From the NCBI GenBank assembly GCA_965226795.1, contig CBDDDZ010000005.1:1583920-1647919 (forward strand): 64,000 nt of DNA. The letters are read 5' to 3'. Source of the DNA: Candidatus Latescibacterota bacterium (GTDB taxonomy: Bacteria > Latescibacterota > UBA2968 > GCA-2709665). The translations under genes were made by a program, and so were the position numbers. Shown here piece after piece: positions 9,701 through 16,903 of this stretch; position 1 is the first letter of the stretch; each line of letters begins with the position of its first letter. The notes below the pieces were generated by a model. It did no database searches. It worked only from the letters and a program-made list of their open reading frames with translations, and had not been told where the DNA came from.

Positions 9701-10149
9701 GGATCCTGCCGGAAAAGCATGTAGAGCTTGGCATGGAGCGGATGTCTGAGGAAGAGTTTGACAACGACCTTTTTGGACTTGATCTGCCTTGACAACCTGC
9801 GCAGCCCGGCCTCGTCCGCGTTGCTCGGCGCACCCGTGGCCAATTGGTCTCTGAATTCCTCGGCCAGACGTTTCTTCAGCCGAATGGCGGTCTGATTATC
9901 GAGTTTCCCATCCTGGGCGGTCAGACTCCTGGCGATTCGAAACTCCTCGTGCGGCAAGCGATGTATGCCCACCAGCAGGCGGCAACAGTGTCCCTCCCCA
10001 CCCTTCCATTTTTCAACATATTCATCGATCGCCCGCCACCCGCGCAGGTTGAAATAACCCACGCAGAAATCCGCGCGGTCGGAAACCGCCAGGGTCTCCG
10101 CCAAAGCCGGCAAGAGACGCTGTTCGATATTGTCGAAAATACGTGGCAT
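6787..10149 (-). CDS. Phospholipase-D (HKD) nuclease domain fused to an SNF2/SF2 helicase
   Basis: 1120 aa. N-terminal single HKD motif: RHPLHAKLYMLF...GYLGSSNLTQAG. Helicase motifs GDVVGLGKTLMA (I), VIDESHNLRN (II), LLSATPYNK (III), VATDVLSEGQNLQD (V), QRAGRVDRIGQ (VI). Confidence 0.85.
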   Translation of the reverse strand: MPRIFDNIEQRLLPALAETLAVSDRADFCVGYFNLRGWRAIDEYVEKWKGGEGHCCRLLVGIHRLPHEEFRIARSLTAQDGKLDNQTAIRLKKRLAEEFRDQLATGAPSNADEAGLRRLSRQIKSKKVVVKLFLRHPLHAKLYMLFRQDPINPTVGYLGSSNLTQAGLSGQGELNVDVLEHDACGKLAQWFEDRWCDRWCVDISEELAEIIDESWAGVRLIPPYHIYVKMAYHLSQEARVGLTEFRIPKDFGNKLLDFQTAAVKIAAHHLNKRGGVIIGDVVGLGKTLMATALARVFEDDYGVETLIICPKNLVPMWEDYRDEYRLRARVLSISRAPRELPDMRRYRLVVIDESHNLRNREGKRYRAIQEYIRENESKCILLSATPYNKTYQDLSNQIRLFVHENEDLGIRPERLLREIGETEFIRRHQASVRSLAAFDHSEYTDDWRELMRLYLVRRTRSFIQENYATLDPANGRRYLTFEDGTRSYFPVRVPRTVGFDIDNQYARLFDENVVSAINGLELPRYGLANYLTSLADPPPSPNEGQILQDLSRAGRRLMGFCRTNLLKRLESSGHSFLLSVERHVLRNFIFIHAIENGLDLPVGTTDAGLLDPQSFDADPDGAAGDIFEEEEDGRGEVHTQHVLRTEEDFRRHAAQVYDAYRERYSRRFRWLSPRHFDETLRQALVTDARTLREMLEGFGEWIPSQDAKLAALQKILVDKHPGEKVLVFTQFADTVQYLERRLMGRGVERLSGVTGDSADPTRLAWRFSPKSNDKGGQIAPEEELRVLVATDVLSEGQNLQDCAIVVNYDLPWAIIRLIQRAGRVDRIGQSAPNILCYSFLPAEGIERLIRLRARVRQRLEENAEVVGTDEAFFEDEDTLAVVDLYNEQTGVLDGDDDSEVDLASYAYQIWRNATTADPSLEKKVEQMPDVVHSSKAGSHTPARQDGVLVYMRTTQDNDALAWMDRKGGSVTESQFEILRAAECKPNTPALPRHETHHDLVRKAAERIAKEENQVGGQLGRPSGAHFRTYERLKNHAERVEGTLFDTEQLRRAVGEIYRYPLRQSAVDTLNRQLRSGISDDDLVGLVIEMRGDGRLCIIHGEDEPDEPRIICSMGLIRRQT

Positions 10150-10213
10150 CAGGCCGTCCTTCTATGGTCTCAGGTCAGCACCGTCTTTAGATTGCAAGAA
10201 TTCGACAATACCA

Positions 10214-10242
10214 GATATAGGCAAGAATACGGCGTATGTCAA
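10214..10242 (-). promoter_or_regulatory. Predicted sigma-70-type promoter of the helicase operon
   Basis: Minus strand reads TTGACA - 17 nt - TATATC, with the -10 about 65 nt upstream of the ATG at 10149. The -35 overlaps the IS256 target-site duplication. Confidence 0.3.
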
Positions 10243-10246
10243 CCGG
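10238..10246. repeat. Target-site duplication GTCAACCGG (left copy)
   Basis: An identical 9-mer directly abuts both ends of the IS element (10238-10246 and 11662-11670). Confidence 0.75.
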
Positions 10247-10640
10247 GGGGTGTCAAGAATATTGTGTAAGTGGCGTTGGTGGATCAATGAAAAGGGACGC
10301 GATCGTCGAACATGATGGCGAAGCGATTCAGTGCGGCTTTCCAGTTGATTACGGGTTTGGTCCAGCGTTTGCTGATGTTGCGAAGGGCCAGAAACAGGAG
10401 CTTGATGGCGGCTTCATCGGAAGGGAACGCGCCCCGATTTTTAGTGATCTTGCGCAACGACCGGTTCATGGACTCAATGGCATTGGTGGTGTAGATGACT
10501 TTGCGGATGTCTTTGGGATAGGCGAAGAACGGGATGATATGCTCCCAGTGCTTGCGCCACGATTTTGAAATGGAGGGATAGTGTTCATCCCAGGTCGCTT
10601 CGAAGGCGCTCAGGTTCATCTCTGCTTCTTCGACGGTGGC

Positions 10641-10677
10641 GGCCTGCCTGCGCCGTGCTGTACTCGGCAGGCAGGCC
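10641..10677. repeat. 37-nt hairpin element inside the transposase C-terminal segment
   Basis: GGCCTGCCTGC - 15 nt - GCAGGCAGGCC. It adds the in-frame peptide CLPSTARRRQA between IYQA and ATVEEAE. Confidence 0.6.
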
Positions 10678-11278
10678 TGGTAAATCGGCTTAAGATCGGC
10701 GGCGACGTTTTTCCGGTCCTTCCAGGTCACAAAGCGTAGCGCGTTGCGGACCAGATGCACGATGCATAAAGTTGTACCTGGGTCTTGGGGTATACCGTCT
10801 CAATGGCCTTAGGGAAGCCTTCCAGGCCATCGACGCAGACGATAAAGATGTCCTTAAGGCCCCGGTTCTGCAACTGCGTAAGCACCGACAGCCAAAATTT
10901 GGCACCCTCGCTTTTTGAGACCCACAGCCCGATGAGCTCCTTCTCACCGTGCAGATTAAGGCCTAAGGCCAGATAGATGGCCTTCTTCTGCACGGTGCCT
11001 TCGTCGCGGATTTTGACGAAGAGCGCATCCAGGTAAACGATGGGATAGACCTCGTCCAAAGGCCGATTCTGCCAGGCTTTGACCTCGTCGATAACCCCAT
11101 CGGTGATGTTGGAGATCAGCTGTGGTGAGACGTTGACGCCATACATCTCTTCCAAATGCCCCTGGATCTCCCGATCGGTCATGCCACGGGCATATAACGA
11201 GATGACTTTGTCGTCAAAACCCTTCAGACGCCGTTGATGTTTGGGCACGATGTGCGGCTCAAAATCGCCGTTGCGGTC

Positions 11279-11303
11279 CCGCCTGCCTGCAGCAGGCAGG
11301 CGG
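11279..11303. repeat. 25-nt perfect palindrome inside the transposase N-terminal segment
   Basis: CCGCCTGCCTGC-a-GCAGGCAGGCGG. Removing 19 nt (11282-11300) restores ...[13 protein letters not shown]... Confidence 0.6.
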
Positions 11304-11661
11304 CACAGCAAGGGTCACTTCATTCTGGTCGGTCTTGACCTTTTTGCACGTCTTGCCATTTCTTGAATTGCCGCTGCCTCGACCTGCTGGATCGCCTTTC
11401 TCATACCCCAGGTGATCGGCCATCTCATCCTCGAGCATTCGCTCCAACACCCGTTTTGTCAGCTGCTTGAGGATCCCGTTTTCACCCAGAAGATCTTCGG
11501 CGCGTTTGCCGTCATCGACCAGGTCGTCAACCAACTCGTCCAGCAGCGCCTCACGGTCTTTTTCCTTGTTGGCCATATCTTCTCCTCTCGGAATGATCGT
11601 TTGCGTTACTATACGCATTCCTGAAGGTTATGACCTCTTACACAAACTAATTTACACTCTC

Positions 11662-11670
11662 GTCAACCGG
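11662..11670. repeat. Target-site duplication GTCAACCGG (right copy)
   Basis: See the left copy. Confidence 0.75.
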
Positions 11671-11869
11671 CCAGTTTTACACTCTCCTACCCTATAAAAT
11701 ATTATATTGTTGATAACAATATGCTTAGCGTGACTTTCACCAGGTTTCTTACTGTGTCCAGCGGTGTTCTGCACGTAGTGTCACCCTATAGGACGAATAG
11801 TTAGAATCTCCTTCTCTTGCCGAATCAGCTACATCTTCCGATGAAACGGTTCCGAGTGTAAGGTTCAAA

Positions 11870-11923
11870 AAAGCAGATCAAACAATAAAATGGCCATTCA
11901 AACGAGAAATTTGAATGGCCATT
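11870..11923 (-). terminator. Hairpin plus T-tract; probable intrinsic terminator downstream of the 12170..13174 gene
   Basis: Perfect 14-bp stem AATGGCCATTCAAA / TTTGAATGGCCATT (11889-11902 and 11910-11923) with a 7-nt loop. On the minus strand it is followed by ttttattgtttgatctgctttttt. Confidence 0.45.
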
Positions 11924-11996
11924 GTTAAAACAAAAGTTGGACGAAAGTCTCGCCTGCTCCTGCGCAGCGCCTTCATATGTGTTTTTCTTCTTGTCC

Positions 11997-12013
11997 ACAA
12001 ACTGACAGTTTGT
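11997..12013. repeat. Palindrome ACAAACTG-a-CAGTTTGT
   Basis: 8-nt arms with a single-nt centre. Shares CCACAAACTGnCAGTTTGT with the palindrome at 55231-55257. Confidence 0.6.
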
Positions 12014-12054
12014 TTTACGAGACGCTGCTGACCGAGCACAACATCCAATGGTAT

Positions 12055-12073
12055 CGCGAACTGTCAGTTCGCG
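12055..12073. repeat. Palindrome CGCGAACTG-t-CAGTTCGCG
   Basis: 9-nt arms with a single-nt centre and the same AACTG-N-CAGTT core. Confidence 0.6.
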
Positions 12074-12169
12074 GGATGCAAGCAGCCTCTCCTTACAGGC
12101 AAGTCAGATCTTGATTCGACCTCTCATGGGGTTTGTCAGGCTAATTCAAACGATATTTAGAACAATGGG

Positions 12170-13174
12170 TCACGCGGATTGTTGGACAATTGTCTGGAGG
12201 CGTTCGTGAAAATGCGAGAGTATATCGCCCGTCTTCTCCGCGATCGCAATAGGTGTTTGCTTACAAAAGTCGAACTCCCATTTATAGGCTGTCACCCACG
12301 TACCTCGTCGATTTCGGGTCACTTGGCCCTTTACTGGACACGTTGAACACGATTTTGTGACAGAAGGACGAAGTTCTGCCCACCTTTCGGCGATTTCTTC
12401 ATTCTTGATAGCGGCCTTTAGGCAAAACGTGTCCCAGTTGAATTCCCAGTAGAGTTCAATTGCATCGGTTTTGGGGCTACACGCTATCCACCCCTTCTGC
12501 CAGTTCATGACCGGATTATTACTTCCACTATATATCGCCCAATTTTGATGGTGTCCGTTCTCAAGATGCTCCCGCAACTTGCCATAGTACATATAGAAAA
12601 CTGAAAATCCGGGTCGATAACCCTCGTTGCGCAGGCGCGGGTCCCACGGATGATCTAGCAACTGAAGAACCTTGTCAATTTCGTTAGTGCGGGTTTGTTC
12701 CGCTTCTAGTGATGCAATCCACCCATCGTATATGTTGCACCTGCCCGCAATCGGAAGATTTGAGAAGACTTCCAGCGCGTAAAGTAGATCAATCGTGCGA
12801 AATCCGCAGCGCAGAAATTCCCTGCTCTTGTGTCCGATGGTGAACTGTGCTGCTCCAACTGCAAGCGAAATCACAGCAAAGTGCGCGTTCGGTACTCGCT
12901 CAGAAAATGCCTTTTCGCTCCGCTGCAATTGTTCGAGACTTACATCCGAATCAGTCTTGCATTCGATCAGTAGATATGTCTTTTCGTCATCTATCCTGTC
13001 CATTTCCAAAACGAGGTCGATACGAAGTCGCCGACCGAAAGAGTACTCTCGTATCGCCTTGCCCCGCCTGAGTCCTACACCTTGCAGGAGGTCGGGGGCG
13101 AGCCCTGAAATGACTGCCGTTCGTTCATCAAGTGGGAGACGCGAACTCTCACAATCAAGGAGCCAGGCGATCAC
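12170..13174 (-). CDS. PD-(D/E)xK nuclease-superfamily protein (orphan) in an AT-richer islet
   Basis: 334-aa ORF. RIDLVLEMD...TYLLIECKTD fits the D...ExK core. The C-terminal half (YWEFNWD...) is uncharacterised. Confidence 0.55.
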   Translation of the reverse strand: MIAWLLDCESSRLPLDERTAVISGLAPDLLQGVGLRRGKAIREYSFGRRLRIDLVLEMDRIDDEKTYLLIECKTDSDVSLEQLQRSEKAFSERVPNAHFAVISLAVGAAQFTIGHKSREFLRCGFRTIDLLYALEVFSNLPIAGRCNIYDGWIASLEAEQTRTNEIDKVLQLLDHPWDPRLRNEGYRPGFSVFYMYYGKLREHLENGHHQNWAIYSGSNNPVMNWQKGWIACSPKTDAIELYWEFNWDTFCLKAAIKNEEIAERWAELRPSVTKSCSTCPVKGQVTRNRRGTWVTAYKWEFDFCKQTPIAIAEKTGDILSHFHERLQTIVQQSA

Positions 13175-13544
13175 ACCGGTGTGGATCTTTTCGAGTTAGA
13201 AACCGACGATATCGACAAATGTCTTCGCCACCTGATGCGTTCACCTCCATCCACAACGCTGGAATTGTCTTCGCGTTAGTCCGGAATCTATTGACTCATT
13301 CGAGCGATGTCAAGATATCCAATAACGGTGATCGAATTCTTCATTCTCAACTGCATCACGATTCTTCAAATAAACGCCTTTAAGCGAATTGAATCCAGGT
13401 GGACTTAGCGATTCCTTTGAGTATCTTGGGGCCTAATTCCGCATAAATCTACTACGCCAACATATTGCGGATCAACAAGATATTCAGGAGATTTACAAAA
13501 AGAACGGAAATTTGGTTGGCCGCATCAGATGTCGATGCAATATC

Positions 13545-14714
13545 TCACGGCATCTGGCCAGACGGACGGTCCGGACCCGGGCGAAAGTCAGGAACATTCA
13601 TGAGCTTGCCGCCCTCTTCAATCGAATCGAACGCCCGGATGGCCGGCGCGATCGTCTCCATCGCTCTGTAGACATCCAGCGCCTGCGGCTTGCCCTCACG
13701 CACGGCATCCCTGAAATGCGCGTGAACGTAGTAGTCGGCATCACCGTGGCCGCTGCCCCGGGCGTCTGAAGGCGCATCCGTGCGCTGATATTGCCAGTCC
13801 ACCTCCGCCCAGTCGTTCATTTGCGCATCGGCGAACCACACCTTGGGCTTCTCCTGGAGCGACCGCCGCCATTCCATGCTGCCCTTCGTGCCGATGAACT
13901 GCCACCAGTGGTGGTCGCCGTGCGGCCTGGGCTGCGTAAACCCGCACAGCATGCGAATCAACGTGTCCTTCTCCGTCTTCATTAATGCGACCTGAATATC
14001 GGGGCAGGCGATCTGGGGCCAGGCGTAACTTGGCTGCTTCGTGCCCATCCCCACCACCTCCACCACCCGGTCGTCCAGGACCTTCAGCACCAAAGACATA
14101 TCGTGCGACCCGATACCGCCAATGATCACTGGCAGAGTGTGCAGCACCGTCGGTTCGGCTTCGGGATGGTCGGGCAGCGCCCCGACCGGATACTGCCTGC
14201 CGGTCTTGAAATCCTGGAAAAACTGGTGGGTGCCGTACCACCCCACATACTGGCCCTCGGCGTAGGTAATCTTGCCGAGCCGTCCCTCTGCCACCAACTG
14301 CCTCCAGCCCTCCACAACCCCCCAGAAACGCGTCTGCTCCGCCAGGCTGTACACCAGCCCGGTCCGCTCCACGTCGGTCACAATCCGCCAGCAGTCCGCC
14401 ATGGTGAACGCCGCCGGGACCTCGGAATTCACGTGTTTTCCCGCCTCCAGCGCCTGCGCCGCCATTGCCCCCACCTCCATCTGCCTCACGCACAGGCCAA
14501 CCGCTTCCATCCCTTCGAACGTCAGGAAATCCTCGTAATTCGCAAAAACCTTCACATCGCCGCCGTAACGGATCTCCCCTAATGCCCGTTCCCGCAGCGG
14601 CTCAATCCAGTCGTAGATCGCGGTGATCCGGTAGCCCGGGATCTCCTGCAACAATCGGATCCAGTTCAGTGCCCGGTGACCCAGCCCGGCAATTCCGATC
14701 CGTATCTCATCCAT
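13545..14714 (-). CDS. Gfo/Idh/MocA-family NAD(P)-dependent oxidoreductase
   Basis: N-terminal Rossmann IRIGIAGLGHRALNWIR, and the length and layout of the family. Confidence 0.8.
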   Translation of the reverse strand: MDEIRIGIAGLGHRALNWIRLLQEIPGYRITAIYDWIEPLRERALGEIRYGGDVKVFANYEDFLTFEGMEAVGLCVRQMEVGAMAAQALEAGKHVNSEVPAAFTMADCWRIVTDVERTGLVYSLAEQTRFWGVVEGWRQLVAEGRLGKITYAEGQYVGWYGTHQFFQDFKTGRQYPVGALPDHPEAEPTVLHTLPVIIGGIGSHDMSLVLKVLDDRVVEVVGMGTKQPSYAWPQIACPDIQVALMKTEKDTLIRMLCGFTQPRPHGDHHWWQFIGTKGSMEWRRSLQEKPKVWFADAQMNDWAEVDWQYQRTDAPSDARGSGHGDADYYVHAHFRDAVREGKPQALDVYRAMETIAPAIRAFDSIEEGGKLMNVPDFRPGPDRPSGQMP

Positions 14715-14769
14715 TGTTGTCTCTCCGTCGCCAATCAGGCACCCAGTAACCCCGGGATTCCCGTCCGAA

Positions 14770-15267
14770 CTATTCCAGTTCCCGCACGGTTAACGACCGG
14801 ACGGTCACCGTCGATCCCCACGCCGGGCCGATGCCCACCGGGCCGAACAGGCCCCGATAATTGACCGGGTGAAAATCGTCCCCGGTCTCACCAGCGTTTG
14901 TATACCGAGGTTCATCGTCAACCAGAACCTGCATCTGGTTCTCCCGGATCACCCACGTTATCTTCACCCACGTGTCTTCGTGAACCCGTCCCTGGTCCTT
15001 CACGTGAAACGCATGGCCGTAAACCGGTTCGTAACACGCCATCTGCCCTGGCGCAGCCTCCCAGTTGAAGATGATATGACCCTTGGCAAAATGCAATCGC
15101 AGATTCGTGGAATCCGTCTTCGCGATCGCCTCGATCATAAGTGGGACGGCGTATGCCTCCGGTGTTCGGGCGTATCCGTATCCGGACAGCCTGAGGTGTA
15201 CTCCATCCGAACTGACGCTGCATTCACTGACCGGCAACATTTCAGAAAGTAAAATCTCTGCCATCAC
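14770..15267 (-). CDS. Hypothetical protein (possibly jelly-roll, DUF1080-like)
   Basis: 165-aa ORF in a co-directional gene string. No motif that I can name with confidence. Confidence 0.45.
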   Translation of the reverse strand: MMAEILLSEMLPVSECSVSSDGVHLRLSGYGYARTPEAYAVPLMIEAIAKTDSTNLRLHFAKGHIIFNWEAAPGQMACYEPVYGHAFHVKDQGRVHEDTWVKITWVIRENQMQVLVDDEPRYTNAGETGDDFHPVNYRGLFGPVGIGPAWGSTVTVRSLTVRELE

Positions 15268-15346
15268 TGATTCCTTTAACCGTTTCTGCGCGAACGGCTT
15301 CAGTTTAACGGTTACAACCGGATGACCCTTTCACACCGGTCCACCC

Positions 15347-16471
15347 TCAGCCTGTTCCGGATCCCCGAACTGGCCCGGCAAACAGCGTCTCCGGCAGCAA
15401 GCTCGTCGTCGCGCTTGAATGGGGATGGTCGAAGCCGTCCGTGGTGACCTGAGCCATCGCCGTATAATACGCGCCCTCTCCACTCACTCCGCTGCGGTTT
15501 CCTCCACTGTGTCCCCGAAGCCACTTCGGATCGACCAATTGCTCACCCTTCCACTGCCCCTGTGTCGCCAGCAAATGCCCGAAACGGGCGATATCCGACG
15601 GACTCATCACCACCCAGCCCGGACCGCTTCGCACCGGGTGTCCGTTGATTTCATAGGGCGGATCGAGATACGTATACGAATCCGGAATATCCGGATAAAA
15701 GTACTTGCTTTCACTCATTGTCCTCCCGGTGTACCAGTCCCACCGCTTTGCCGGAATCCCGATCTTTCCGAACAGCCGCTCATCCAGCACCTCTTTGAGG
15801 TCCCGGCCCCAAACAAAGGTCAGGGCCTGGCCCAGCCGCCAGAACCCCGCACTGCTGTATTGTTCAACAGTACCGGGTTTTACGTGGGAATGGAGGTCGT
15901 AGAACGGGTCCCCGGTCCAGGTCGCCCACTCAGGCCACCATTTGTCCGACTCCTCTCCGGGGCGACCCTCACGTCCCTTGGCCCATTCGTTTCCCAGTTC
16001 CATGGGAAATCCGCCCTGATGCGTGCCCCCTGCCTTCGGGCCGATGAGATGGCGCCATGTGAGCGTTTGGTGGTGTCCCTGGTTTAAAAACTTGTGCGGA
16101 TGTGAAAGCTCAGCTTCACCGGTCCAGGTCCTGTGAATCGGCTCATCAGGGTGCAGCATCCCCTCTTCCACCGAAAACCCGATCAGCACCCACATAAACG
16201 CCTTGCCCATCGAAGCCGTCTGGAACCGGTAATGCCGGTCTCCCCATGCGTGCACCAGGTACCCTCCGCGCGTGAGCACCGTCCCCCATTTGGTCCCGTT
16301 ATGGTCCTCGCCGCCAAAAGACGCGCCCTTTATGTCCAATCCGGACAGGAAGCGTTCGAACTTCTCCACATCCAACCCGGCTTCAGCGGTTGTAATCGCG
16401 ATCCAGTCGTCCTCCGGATAAGTCACCCATTCCGGGATCTTACGTCCCACTTTATTGTCCCCTCCCGTCAA
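15347..16471 (-). CDS. Serine hydrolase, beta-lactamase/transpeptidase-like fold
   Basis: S-x-x-K motif in FQTASMGKAFMWVLIG; 374 aa. Confidence 0.6.
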   Translation of the reverse strand: MTGGDNKVGRKIPEWVTYPEDDWIAITTAEAGLDVEKFERFLSGLDIKGASFGGEDHNGTKWGTVLTRGGYLVHAWGDRHYRFQTASMGKAFMWVLIGFSVEEGMLHPDEPIHRTWTGEAELSHPHKFLNQGHHQTLTWRHLIGPKAGGTHQGGFPMELGNEWAKGREGRPGEESDKWWPEWATWTGDPFYDLHSHVKPGTVEQYSSAGFWRLGQALTFVWGRDLKEVLDERLFGKIGIPAKRWDWYTGRTMSESKYFYPDIPDSYTYLDPPYEINGHPVRSGPGWVVMSPSDIARFGHLLATQGQWKGEQLVDPKWLRGHSGGNRSGVSGEGAYYTAMAQVTTDGFDHPHSSATTSLLPETLFAGPVRGSGTG

Positions 16472-16573
16472 ACTTCACAAGAGTCGGTTTACCACTGATG
16501 TCGATTCCTCCATCGGGCAAACTATGTGCCCTCGCCAGGAATCCAATTCACGCGGTCCATAGATTCTATCCGT

Positions 16574-16903
16574 TTAATCCATGCCCGGCATCTGCGCCAG
16601 TTCCGATACCTCGAGAGCCCCGCCGATCTCCAGGAACGGACAGGCTTTCGCAATCTCCAGCGCCGACTCCATGGATTCTGCTTCGATGATCGTATAGCCC
16701 GACATCGACGTCGTGCCCCCGGCGGTGACGGAACCGTCGGAGTTGACCGTACTCGTGTTTTTGAGCGGATTCGCGGGGCTGACGGCGGAATCGCCCAGTG
16801 AAGACAGCCATTCCATATATTTCGAAAAATGCCGCTGGCCTTCCTCGGGGGTGGACGGCTCGTTGCCCCCCAGATAGACGAGAACGAATTGAGGCATCCG
16901 CAT
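16574..16903 (-). CDS. YCII/DGPF-related small protein
   Basis: 109 aa: FVLVYLGG...SGYTIIEAESMESALEIAKACPFL resembles YciI-like proteins. Confidence 0.55.
   Translation of the reverse strand: MRMPQFVLVYLGGNEPSTPEEGQRHFSKYMEWLSSLGDSAVSPANPLKNTSTVNSDGSVTAGGTTSMSGYTIIEAESMESALEIAKACPFLEIGGALEVSELAQMPGMD

Larger units (their letters stand above)
10284..11576 (-). pseudogene. IS256-family transposase split into three frames
   Basis: ORFs 11259..11618 (N-terminal, MANKEKDREALL...), 10727..11311 (middle, [40 protein letters not shown]...) and 10284..10760 (C-terminal, [10 protein letters not shown]...TTNAIESMNRSLRK). Shifts lie at the 19-nt palindrome near 11282-11300 and at an extra TA near 10767-10768 (QVQL[10 protein letters not shown]). 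Confidence 0.85.
10247..11661 (-). mobile_element. IS256-family (Mutator-type) insertion sequence, 1415 bp, non-autonomous
   Basis: Imperfect terminal inverted repeats GGGGTGTCAAGAATATTGTGTAAGTGG (10247-) and the reverse complement of CCTCTTACACAAACTAATTTACACTCTC (-11661), about 20 of 28 matched. Flanked by a 9-bp direct repeat. Internal transposase reading frames. Confidence 0.8.

Noticed and set aside
786-10149. Calling the methylase-helicase cluster BREX or DISARM.
   Set aside because: The PglX-like methylase architecture is suggestive. However, there is no PglZ alkaline-phosphatase gene, no BrxC/PglY ATPase gene, and no DrmA or DrmB (DUF1998) gene in the window. I cannot exclude components left of base 1.
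10284-11576. Programmed ribosomal frameshifting or translational bypass to make a full-length IS256 transposase. The two shifts sum to 21 nt, so the outer segments share a frame.
   Set aside because: IS256-family transposases are normally a single ORF. There is no slippery heptamer at either junction. The net-zero frame has a one-in-three chance expectation. Even with bypass of the 19-nt palindrome, the extra TA at about 10767 would still break the frame.
11676-11687. A second TTTACACTCTC just outside the IS256 right end, as a possible true IS terminus or a second IS remnant.
   Set aside because: Using it as the terminus destroys the perfect 9-bp target duplication and adds no matching left end. 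At 11 nt it is too short to call a remnant.
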